From: Styela clava
Taxonomy: Eukaryota
Length of the DNA stretch: 64,000 nucleotides
NCBI RefSeq assembly: GCF_964204865.1
Contig: NC_135253.1
Location: 14,136,001 to 14,200,000 of the forward strand
Direction: 5' to 3'
The notes beneath the pieces are model-generated. The model was not told the origin of the DNA. It saw only the letters and a program-made list of their open reading frames with translations, and searched no databases. This document shows positions 12,871 through 26,000 of the stretch, piece by piece (within the stretch, counting starts at the first letter, position 1; the number at the start of each line of letters is the position of its first letter). Position numbers and translations under genes: made by a program.

Positions 12871-13982
12871 TCGTGGGGCGGTTATCATGCTGCCGTATTG
12901 ATATTACACACCACCAAATATATTATTAGTCATTCAAACCGCAATTTTTTCATATCTGTAAATTTCTAAAATAGGTGATAGCATGGATACAGTTTTCGAG
13001 TAACTCTCCAAGCACTCATCTATCTATTCATTGCCGTCGATATATAGCGTCATTTCTTTAATCATAGTAAGTCACCGTCTTTGTGAGATACGCCGAATAA
13101 TCGAAATTTTGAGCCGATTTTATAAATTCAACAGGTAATATGAATTTGGGCCGACTAATGTGCCGTAACTTTTGATTAACGTTTAGAATCGATACATTAA
13201 AAACCACAATGAGAGCACGACAACTGTTTATTATGTGTCAAAATTTGAATATTTTATTCTAGATTATATTGCAGAAATTATTATATTTGGCGTTAATAGA
13301 AAAACGAGATTTTTTCGACACATAATAGAAGGTCGAACACTTTGCATTCGATCGTGCGATAGAAATTTACATAGCCTCGGGGTCGGTGTTTGTATCAGGC
13401 AGAATATTTCTCGTTTCATACGATTTCAAGTACAAGGGTGATTGTATAAGGCATAGAAATTGAGGCTTGAGGCTACATAGACATGGCAAAAGTAGTTCTG
13501 TGTTTCGTTTTTCCGTCAGTAAATGACGCCTATAGTTGAAATTTTATTTTTTTGGGGAAATTTTAGTTGTCGAACATACGAATTTTGTAGCGAAATTTGT
13601 TGAAAATATTAGTCTACTATATATAATATATATTTGACTTTTTTAGGATTTAGTCAGGGTCGGAAGAATATAGTTTTCTGCCCCAGTTTGACTGTCAACA
13701 GCATATATATAATTATATATATATAAATAAATATGTATTCTGGGATTCTTTAGCACAGGGTTGAGTAAGTTCGGGTTATAAGCAAGTCTATCTTCTTTTA
13801 TACGTACAAAAAGAACTTAAAATTTTCCGCACTAGATTGAAATATACAATAGTCTTCAGTTGACTCAGAATTGCTATTTCACTGGCTATATATTTTTTTC
13901 TTATCGTATAATTGTACTTGACAAATTGCGCCATGTCTACACATTCCTTATAGTTTACGTAAGATCGTGAAATGAGAAAACT

Positions 13983-14095
13983 ATGTCTTCTGAAGTTGAA
14001 GAGACGCATAAAATCAAAGCATTGACGTCAGCGTTACAAGAAACAAAAGATGACTTAATTCACTGGACATTAATTCCCAACGAAGACGGAGATAC
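13983..14095 (+). CDS. IkB-like gene coding exon 1 (MSSEVEETHK...PNEDGDT)
   Basis: ATG at 13983 with in-frame TGA at 13968; ends in the ANK1 start EDGDT; donor gtgagt, phase 2. Confidence 0.85.
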
Positions 14096-17000
14096 GTGAG
14101 TTGTATTACTGTTTGATTCGTGAATATTGAAGTTTATAATGAAAGCGAAGGTTGTTGCTTGTGGCGGCATAATAGGGGTAATAACGCTTATCACGTACTT
14201 GCCAATGTTTACTAATTTATCCCATTTTTGAAAGTACAGAGTAGAATCTGTACTTTCGGTTGTTAAGATGACTGAACTTGTATTTCTAATGTCACGCCAA
14301 CTGACCACCAAAACTAAACTTTCCGACAAAATGAAATTAATAATTAACAACGAGAGCGAAATAGTACCGATCGAGAGCCGTCTTATCAATCTTGCTCACC
14401 ACTAAAATTTGAGAAAAAAAAATAGTACAAGTTTTCCAACTGTGAGGAAATTTTGCGTTGTATTTCCCATAGTAATATTAGTATTTTTTAGTCAATTATT
14501 ATTCTTATAATTCCTCTTTATGCACACATTATTACCACCTGAGAGCGACTTGTGCATAACACTATAGCTGAGGATTCATGAAAGATTAAATTAATGAGGT
14601 TACTTTTGTGCATAATGAGGGAGAAATAAATAGTTCCAGAATAGGCGAAGGGAGGAGTTTAACGACAACGGTTGGGAACCACGGACGTAATATATTTATA
14701 TATACTTGCCATTTCACATCAACGTAATTCTGAGAGAAAGTGCTTTACATGACTCTAATCAACGATGGAAAGCGAAGTCATTCACACAGAGTAGTAAAGA
14801 GACAAACGTGAATGTGAAAAATTTACTAGATGTTTTATAGGCTGAACTTGGTCGAATGTATAAAGTGAAAGAACGTAAAAGTCCAGACTTTTTACACGTA
14901 CCATACGTTTCGCGGTGTCACAAAACAACATTTTTCTGACATTCTTATATAGTTTCGAGTAGACTTTCGTGATTTCTAAAAAGTTCTGTCTTTACTTTTC
15001 ATTTCGTACATACTAGTTAATGGGAAATACTAGTTAATGTGTTTATACCAGCGATTCCCAAATTTTTCTTCGTGCAGCGCCAAATTATAGGGAAAAAACT
15101 CACGGTGTACTTTCACGAAACAAAATGCTGCTTTTAAATATATCTCAATTTTGTGATCGTATACTATATAGTATACTATATGCCTTTTGCATAGTTTGTA
15201 GACATGTAGCTCTAAGGAATAAATGCGAAAGATCAACTATTCTTCTTCATCCCTGCCTGATTTACCTTTGAAATTCTAAACAAACCACTCATATTCGCTA
15301 AACTCGGTTCAGTAGATGAATAAACAGCAGCTCGTGAAATTGTAGCAATTAGTGTATGTCTCTATATGTACGTAAAAAAAGGTAAAATAAATTTATTAAT
15401 TTATATAAACCGCATTTAAAAAAAGATACAATAAAACATTTTATAATAAATACAACATGTAAAATATTCAATCATATTTTATTTATGTTAATTATGTTTA
15501 TACAATTCTGTTAATTTTCGCGGCGCACTTGGCGCCAGTTTGGAACCGCTGGTTTATACCATTAATCAAATCTACCACCTGCCAACTGTTTGCGATGAGC
15601 TGTAGACAAATCATAGTGACCCATAGAGTGAATCTAGTTTCCCCGTTGGATATATATATATACTAATCAAATCGTAAAGCATTTGGGTTCGCATCCACTA
15701 GCAGAATCAATTTTATCAACCTTCACCCGTCGAAGATAGTTAGCTACGAGATGTATATAAAATAACTGGTTTTTCTAGTGTATTTACAATTAATAAATAT
15801 AGGAAATAAAGGTGGAATTGCACGTATATATATCTGTGTAAAGCGCCTATACACTAGCCCAAAGTGACTATAACATATAGTTATAGTCACTTTGCACTAG
15901 CCTACCTGTCTCTCGCTTTTGCGCGCAATATTTGTCGTAATTATTGGAGTGGATCTAATACAGCCATATCAGATGTCGATGTACATCACTTAGCAATGAG
16001 TTGCCAAATATCTATCTATTGAAAGTTTCATAACCGAATTGAAGTGTTCTGAGTAACAGATTTGAAGTTACAGACTGTGTCATCTCTTGCGGTTTTAAGG
16101 GAATACTGTCGAAAATCTTTTTATTTATTTTTTGTATCCCAGATCCTCGTAATAAATTGAACAAAATTGTCAAAGTGTATCATTATTGCAATGAAAATGA
16201 AGGGAAGAAAGATTTTATGATTTGAAAATTCTTACCGAAAATATTGTATTCTGCGAGAAATACGCGTCGGTCTGAAGTCTGAACTTATTTATTTGCATAC
16301 TGTTAAAAAATATCATAATGGAACTCTGAGTCAAATTGAGTGTGATTGCGTATAAGCTAAAAAGACTACGTTGAGTTCTTTCTCTTTAAATTGTTTTCAT
16401 GGCTTCCTTCGGTCTGGTCTGGTTTTATATCGCTTTGAACAAACTAATGATTTCTTAATATATGTATGAAGTATGAAGTTTTACAATTGCTTTCAATCCT
16501 TGATTGATGCGGTACTATATACGCCATCCAAATGTTGGCGCTATAACCTAATCAACGCGCCTTCTTCATTCTGTGCTTAAAGCCACCATGCGGATTGTTC
16601 GATGTTAACCGGTGAAATATATTAGCGATTCGGACTAAAGTCAAGTGAAACAAGTTACGGCATTTTAGAACGACATTTAAAAAGAATGGACGTAATTGAT
16701 AATAAAAACATCGCCGACGTAAAAAATGCATTTTACCTGTTTATTTTCTTTGCTACCCATTATTGCTTTTCTCCCAATTCCTTCCTGATATTGATGATCC
16801 ATCTCTATTTCTAGCTTGGTTCAAATTTTCATAAAAAACGTTCTACATGCCATACTCTCGTAGTAGTCAATATGCTAACTAATTTACGTTTCTATATTTT
16901 TCTAGGGCTATACATCTGGCCATTATCCGTGACGATATCAATCTTTGTATTTACCTTTGTCGTCTTCTAGCAGCCCAAGGAATTGAACTTGATATTAGAA

Positions 17001-20000
17001 ACAATTTGATGCAAGTAAGCGGTGTTTAGCATATTTGCTACTGATCTTTTATATTTCTGTTGTAGCCTTAAACAAAGTATGAATATTTTGGCGTCAACAG
17101 TTTACGTAATGGAATCCAACAAGTATCATTTCTACGGCAATAATCGGGCTGAATTCTCGATTCATTCAAATTTGTCTTCAAAGAAATAAGTTGTTGATAT
17201 TTATTGCGATAAAATATAGCCGATAAGACCCATGTAAGTACCCATAAGTGTACGCATATAGGAAACAGGGTTATTCACCAGGATTCTATTCCTGGTCAGG
17301 CATGGGGATAGCTTGTCATTGAATCATTCCAAATGCAATATGCTTGGTTTTGAGTATAAATGTTTAAATACTATTTCGGTATTCAATAATCATCTTAGCC
17401 CACCCTAACTTAACGTACGACGTTGAGATTTCACCCGTGGTAGGATTCAAGTGGTCGACCCCTTATTGGAATGTCGTGGTCGTCAGGGAACCCGTTCTAA
17501 ACCCATGAGTCACATTCATTTTCTGAAACGAGGAAAGAGAACCCGTTCGTGAAATTTTTGAATCTCACCACTGGATTTTACACGGAATATACTATACGTT
17601 ACGGAGAACATGCTGTAGTTATTACCGGCATGTATTTATTGACTTATGCCTAACCTTTGGGCCTAACTTTGACAGTATTGATGTTTATAAGGTACATTCT
17701 CGACCACTTATTACATGTTATGGATGTGGCCTCTCATTTCTCTGGCCCTACGATATCGACTAACGAGACGTCACTATATTTGTATGGAAAATTTTAAAAT
17801 TATGTGACATAATTAAAAAAAATAATCCCAACGTTGAGATCTAATATAATAATGAACAGAAAAATGATGAAATCAGTGCGGTTAGTATTTTATAATTTTT
17901 TGCTGAACACAGTTTTCACCGAAACGCTACGCTAACATTTCCTGATATTTTCTCCATATTTGAATAGGAGTCGAAACTTTCGTATCGATATCTCAAATGA
18001 CGATACCCATAACCACAGTATTTTGTTAATATAATGGAAATACAATGCCATACGGGTTCATGACACGTAAACGAAAATTGTACTAGCATTGCTCAATTTT
18101 TGTTACCGCCAATGGAGATGGAATAGCATATTCATGGACGACAATTCGGGCCCAGTAAAAAGTACACGATTAGGCTCACGTAACATAATGAATGCTTTCA
18201 AAATATGAGCGGAAAAATATTACAATGCATTACAACGCATGCATTTTGAATGGTATGGAACTCGGATATTTTTTTATAGTTATGTTCTTGAGACTGTTAT
18301 GACCTTGCTTGCTTGTGATTTACGTTTTAATCTTCAGTATTGTCCAGCAGCTCGCTATATCGACCAACAAGAACTAAACTCGCATAGTAATAGAGATCGT
18401 AACACGCCGTTTTAATCCTTATAGTCAAAAAAGATTTATGTATGGTACTTGTTCGTAACGAACGATGTTACTACAGGATGTAATTTTAATTTCTTCAACG
18501 AAGGAATTTCTTTATCAGCGCTTTCTGCTTTATGTCGTAATACGAGGAAAGTAAAATAGATACTATCGCACGTAATTATCACGCAGGTATAGCTTTTTGC
18601 TGACAAGGCTTATACGCCGCCCTTAAGAAACAAGTGAGTTTTTTGATGTACATATGGTCGGGAATTATTTTGGTATTAATTCATGTAGTGATAAAGCATT
18701 TCTTGTTAATATTATTAAATTTAGGATAATCGTTAATTTTCGCTTTCTCGGTTTAATAATGCTTGTTTATAATTCAATGAAAAATTTAGGAAATAAATTG
18801 TTATGAAATATACTAAAAAAAATGCTAAATTTAGTTCCATTTTCCATATACGTTTCGCAATAGAGATAATAGAACACAGCCATTAAAAATAACTCGTGTT
18901 GAGGTTATAGCACGCTACATCAGCTTCGTAATACGACTAAAATTAATTAGAAATGTTCGAATACCAAACAGTTTAACAGTTTCTATCCTGACCAACGTGG
19001 CGAAAATGTTACTTTTATTTATTTTTATGTATCCAATCATAAGTTGCAGAGTTTTGTTCTGCTTAGAAAGTGGTATATATATATATATATATCTTACAAA
19101 AACACAAACTCTACTTATGTTATATATATATATATATTTAATAAAAATGGTAGGACCCAACTTGGTTAGGTTTAGAGCAATCTTGTTTATAAAACATCCA
19201 GTAGGTCCACCTTTCGGACCACGCTTCACATTATGCCACTGTAGCAATGGGAAAGACCCTACGCTGCATCGCAGAAAAACAGCGACTAGACGTTACGTTA
19301 ACATGAGGTTATTTTAATATCGTTTTTCTTGGCACATGTGACGAATCATAGTTCTGTAGAGCAGGGGTCCGCAAACGACGACCCGCGGGCCAGATCCTGC
19401 CCGCGGAACAATATAATTCGGCCCGTGAAGCTCCAATGAATTATATTAACAAAACAACTGTATTGACGATTATATTCTTCACGTAACAGAATTTGTTTTG
19501 AGATACTAAATTATATTATAACCTAACGAGTGTATAATTCACAATCACTCGTTTAATGAGCCTATAAATTGATTATAATTAAACAAATGGCAACAGATCG
19601 TATAAAAGTTGATGCTGAGTGCAAATGGTTTAGTGGCGCAGAAAATATTCGAATGATCAGTCTTCGCGCGCTGCTTGAAATGTAACTAAAATCTGTGTGA
19701 AAAAATGTGATTCATTGGCCATTCCCTCGGTTTTCAACTTTCTAAAAATATGTGCGGCCCGCCAATGACTTGCAACCTTTAATTTTGGCCCGCGAATGAC
19801 AAAAGTTTGCCGACTCCCGACGTAGAGAATAGTAAAATCATATTTTTGACACTGTTTGGTAAATAAATACATGTTTATCATCTTCCATTATGAAAGTAGT
19901 TTTAAATAAAAATTAAAAAAAGAACATAACCTATTGTCGGTGTATAATGCACAATTTTTTCCCAAACCCAAGTATGGTCATTTAGCAATAAGGCTTGTTA

Positions 20001-23000
20001 CTAGGCTAAAACTGCTTGATAATATAACTCTAGCCTAGAGCATGAATATTTTAAAAAAAATACAAATAATGATTCACATCCGAAAATTTCGAAAGTGATT
20101 ACGCCCCCTCGTCCAATGTCACTGTCAGTAAAGCCTACTTTTTCTTTATTATTCATTTCCATCTAGACAGAGTTTGTGTAAATTCACGTCAATATTTTTC
20201 AAAATTTAATGCTCTGAATCTGAAACGAGGAACAATAATTTTTTCCTTCTTAATAATTCCGTGCTCAATGATAAGAAACAGAGCCGTACCTATCGGCTTA
20301 CTGATATTCAACAATTCTTGACCTGGCACTGACATTTCTCACTCAGATTCTTTAAAAATACCATAATGATTATAATCCCTACAAGTATCGCAATCGAGAA
20401 ATGCGATTCCATATTGTGATTACAAACTGGCTCTGTTTTTTATTCTATCCGCTCTCTAAGGTACGGTATATACTTACAGGCAATGCAAGGATTGGTACGA
20501 AATCAAAACCATGTGACTGCAAATGGAAACGGTTTACAAACGCTGTTAGTAAATCGTTAAATCGTGTTCATGATAATCTCGCTTGTATTTTGAATTATTG
20601 GTGATCGTCCACCACTCTTGAGACGTTCAGTCAATTGTACGGTGCTGAATTGCATAAATATTAAGTGATATGGAATGACATGAAGGAAAAATTATGCCAC
20701 AATGCCCAATTATTTCAAGCCATGGCGCCAGAGATATTTTCAATTCATTTAAACATTTAATATTCTAAATATAAGTTCAAATTTATTTTCAATAGTCTAG
20801 TCCATGACACTTTCACCCGATCTATTTTTGTACTTGGGTTTTCCAATACATACTAGACATCATCAATCAAATTGTATTTGTATGTCACTATATCAATGAC
20901 CAAAACGTAAATGTATTGTCTTTCCCAATGAAACCAAAACTACTAAAATTCAAGTCTTTGAGTCATGCATTTCCCAGAAAAAAAAGTACAAAAACAAATT
21001 GTAGTCTATGACATTTTGAATTATTGTACATTGAGCAATATTAAAGTTTGCACGTAAAATTGTAATGTAAAACAAGGCAGTCGCCCTCTACTGAAGTCAT
21101 TCAATTGGTGATTGGTACCATATAAATAACCATTCCTACACCTGGCAATTGTAGAAAATGTTGTTCACAGAGATACGACGAAGAAAACTTGACGTATAAT
21201 ACGCAATAAACGTGACGTATTATATGACTTGGATTTTCTTTTTATACGGCCGCATATAAGTACATTCTAATAATTGCCAAAGAATTACAAACATGGTTTA
21301 ACATATCATTAACATACAGACATGGCAAACAGACGCACACAACTCGTTTCGAAATAATAAGCGATCCTTTGTAACCAATAGATTTATGCTGACAATAACC
21401 AATGCAAAACAACAACAAATAACATAATTTTGTTGATTTTATATGGTGTAATAAATTTTGTTATGTTCATATTCTTTTTTGTTGGCCGAAGCAGACATAA
21501 ACAATTGAGAAGTGTCACGAATTAAATATTTTACCGTGTCCCGTTCATAGCAAATGGTTTAGTTAAAAAAAAGGAACGAAACTCGACGACGTTATCGGCG
21601 AGACTCGTCAGGATTCGAAACTTTGTAACATCCTTAATTTGTTTGGGGAAAAGATTCTCCCAAGCGATAGCTCAATTGCTATTGAACTCGAACTTGTACG
21701 TATCTCAAAATAAGGAAACGTAATGAAGAACATAATTGTAAGCACTTTTTACACAAAATATACTGAGACACTATAAAAAGTTAACGAGAGGAATAACGCA
21801 ATATATTTGTAAAACTGTTTTTGTTCAGCTATTTATTGCTGGCAAATGCTAATTGATATACTGTTATCAGTGGTTTTAAAACATCATTATACATGAAATA
21901 AACGATTTCAGTAATACACGTTTGTGATTTACAACACAACTTTACTCCGGTCTTTCAATCAAAACATAGCTCAAATACATCAACAACACAAACAGCCGAC
22001 AAAAATAACTGAAAATATTTACAAAATGGTTCAAAACAAGTGTTGTAACCAGAACTCGACTTTGGTCGTAAATACATAAATTTACAACTAACGCGTAAGC
22101 GTAAAATCATGTTATAGCACTGTAAATAATATTTACAAAGGGGTAGAACATATGGAGCAAATAATTAGGAACGACCTATTATTGCGCAAATCATTTATAA
22201 AAAAGTAAAATACATTATTGTTTAACAGACACCGCTTCACCTGGCTTGCATAACTGGCCATTCTAAATTAGTCGAAAATTTATTGGAATCGAAAGCGGTA
22301 AAAGTTGAATGGGGAGATCGTTATGGAAACACCAGTATACACCTTGCCGTAAAGCATGATGATCCGTCCTGCGACATCATGCGGTTAATTTTGAGTCATC
22401 TATTCAATGATGATGACGACGTTATAAATGCAAAGAATATAAAAGGTGAGTAACCATTATTAACTATTATTTTGGAAGTGACTATATTATCCTTATGTTA
22501 ATTTCGAGGGAAACTTGTAATATTAGCTTTGTGTCAATTGCATTCAGTATGACGCGTGATTCGGCGCGATAATTCTTCATAGTCTCAGTAGCTCTTGGCG
22601 CTTCAGTGGTTGTCCATATCTTCGTTCAGTGCTTCAGCGACTGCTCATATACCTGCACAAAGCATACAGTCAAATTTTAGAAATTCCGTAAATATTAGGC
22701 GGCCGTTTTTACATTTTCATTTGCAGTCGTTATCTTTGATTTTTTGAAATATGAAGCGGAATAGTAAGCTACCGCTGGGAACTTTTGAAAATTGCAAGTT
22801 TCGTTCTAATGCGACATAATGTTGTAACTCTAGTTGCGATGGGGCTTCAATAAGTTCAGCGTTGGCCCAATTATGAATTAGCAATTCTTGAAAGGGAAAT
22901 TCCTCCTGTAACTTTTGAATATTACTCAATATTTGCCTCCAAAAATAAATCCTATAGTGTCATTTGCATATATTGTTGATTGAATATTTTATGTTGGGTG

Positions 23001-26000
23001 TTCGTAATAGCTATCGATCAGTGGAAGCATACACGCCGATTCTAGTGCTTAAAAGACATTCCAATGACTATCAAGACTTTCAGTGAGATTGGTATACTTG
23101 TTCGGCCTTTTGTTTAAAAAAATAGTGAGAAACCAGGGAAAGAGCTCAGGCCGACTTCTCAGATATGTGCAGATTGGATCTCAATTGTTGGTTTCCAGAC
23201 ATCCAATACTTGCTATTTCTGACTTGAACTTGTTTGTTGGAAATATTGCTCCTTCAACAGAAAATATTAAAAACCTCTGTTTTATGTGATTGTGGTTTTT
23301 AAATGATTTAATATATATATATTTCCTTAATATTGTATGACACCCCGACAATACTTTATTTATTCAAGATACGAATGAAAGAGTGTGGAGAAGAGAGTAC
23401 TATAATTATTTGTTATTATTGCGTATGTATGGTATTTTGGGGTTATCAGTTCCTGACAAAAATGTAAAAGATTCCAGATTGTAGTGAACAACAGCTTTCT
23501 CCTTTAATTTCTAAAAATATACAAACGCATTCAGGTTTGTTTCCAATTACGCTGCAGCGCCCGCAGGTTATCCGTCCTGGGTTTGTCGCATGAAACTATA
23601 AAAAGGAAGTTATTTTAAACCGTACATTGTTGAATGACAATGACGTTGTTCTATGAAATTCCCTCATTTGATTATAGAAATAGATTATCTGCGACAAATA
23701 CTGCGGACGTTCACAACCACTCTTTAGAACATTTTTTAAAATTCCGGGAGATTTCAATAAATCCATATGGATGTTTAATGGATTGCATTCATTGTAATAT
23801 TAACGTCGGTGAATAAGGGACGAATAGCAGCATGTAGCTGTAGTGACAGATTCGTATTAGGATTTTTTATCGCGACACGTAGAGAGGAAGTTTTGACATA
23901 AGAGGGAAATCTAAGCTGATAAGCATTCATTGAAGCTCTTAGTTTAATGTAAGTGTTAAAAATCTAATTCTCAAACAATTGTTTTTCAAAATTATAGTAG
24001 TTTGCTGCAAAGGCCCCTTTTCAAGAGTTATGATTTTTAAGATATGTTAGTTAAACATTTGATTATATTATTGCAAAGGACAACAAAGGAAGCAAGTGTG
24101 CGAGCAAATAGAAGATTGGTATTTGAAATCCAGCAGCAGCTGCTGGTATTAGTAATAATTGGAGAGAATTTGAAATTGATAGAATTACCAATGCCATTTA
24201 AATGAAGTAACGTCATGTAGATATCGTCAATTTCAATTGATTTGAGAGAAAGGAGTTGAATTTGTACTATCTGGTCGCGAAAAACGTATTACTCTACTTT
24301 ATGCGCTAAGTAAGTTCTAATAAATTTTCGCTGTAATTAATTAATCCAGCCTTACGTCGTTGTCGCACCACTTCAATATGTTACGCATGATACAGAAAGT
24401 TCTGCTTATCTGACACATTTTTTTTACTTTAAAAAGTAATAAAATATCGAAACTATCTCGAATGACGAAAACGATGCCTCAATTCCTTTGATAATTGCGA
24501 CCTTTAAAGATCCTTTGATTTTTCGGACCATGGTATTAACGGGAACGGAAGATAATTATTATAATACCAGCACAACATGTTGAAGAATAAGCGCTCTAGG
24601 CTACTTAAAATACTTTAAAGAATTTTGAAAACAAAATTATGAGAATAAAATTGAACAAAAAATCACTTAAAGTTGTTGGGCCAGCTTAGATGGAAAAGAA
24701 AACAACTAAACGAAACTTGCAAAGGGCAAAAAATGCTTGGAATGAATGTATTGAGAATTTGCTTTGATATCTTTTGATAAAATCAAAAATAAACAGCAAG
24801 TTTAATAATGACCTATTATATGAAAAAAAAATTATTTGAAAAAGAGAATTTTTCATCCATCAATTGTAAATCCATTTGGTTAACTTCAATTTGTAAAAAT
24901 ACGGCCGTTATTTTTAGTATCCTAGTTTGAATATGTTCGCCACTGCGAGATGACGCATTTTTACTTTTCATACAAGATCATTCATAATATAAGTGTGTCT
25001 GTGTTGATTGTGATTTTTCGAACATGACCTGTGCATGGCTTTTGTTTTTTTGGAAGATTAGCTGTAATATTATCAAACTGTTCAGTCGAGACGACTCAAA
25101 AATATAATTAATATTTACTAAAAATTTCGTTAGCGTACCATTTGGTTTTGGAAAAGTATTCGAAAGTGACAACTGCGGGTAGCCTAAGGCATTGGCTTAA
25201 GTGCAGCACACCAGCGAAAGTTTATTTTGAAGATTGGCTGTTTGAATCAATTTTAGGTCTTTTTTTTATAACTTTATCTAAACTTAAGGCTAAAGTTAAA
25301 GTAGGCCTTCAGGCCCTTTATCTTGAGAACTGATTTCGATAACATTTCCGTAAATTTGTTGGACATGAGGTGTGTTGCGTGTTTAAGGACATCATGATTC
25401 GTATGGACTCGTATGCAAATCTAAGTGAGAATTGGATTACTTTTGGCGTTGTATCTACTCCTGAAATAGTCTTCAGTTCCCTTGAGTACCATATTGTGCT
25501 AATCTACATGTTGTAGCAAAGTAATGACTTGGGATCACATTAGACGAACGTGGAGGGCGAGATAGTGGGCTCTGCCTTAATTAAATGATAGAAGGAAAGG
25601 TTTTATTCATCGGCCTTTGCAACTTTTCTGATTGCATGTTGTGGCACCCAAACAATTACGGCGCATCCCCTTGCAGTAGACAGTCAGCCATACGCTGACT
25701 TGTCGTCGGTTATGAACAGACCAGAAATCTTATTATAATTTCGTGGATTCGGTTTTAATCAAAACCTGGTGTACTTTGCTTCCAAGCTGATTTAATATTT
25801 TCTACTGAAGCATGGGGCCTGAGTGAACTACTCTCCTTAAATCATTTGCAGTGGTTCAGCAGAGATTTTTGGTCAGCTAGACTAGACCGAAATCAGAAGT
25901 GAGATATCCAGTTTCTCGATCAATTTGACAGTATTACGTAACATTGCAATGACTAGCGAATAATGCAACACTATCTACCTTACAGATCATTATCCCCTCC

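Noticed and set aside
14060-14389. 109-aa - strand ORF with a signal-peptide-like start
   Set aside because: Non-ATG start, overlaps exon 1 antisense, no domain or splice support.
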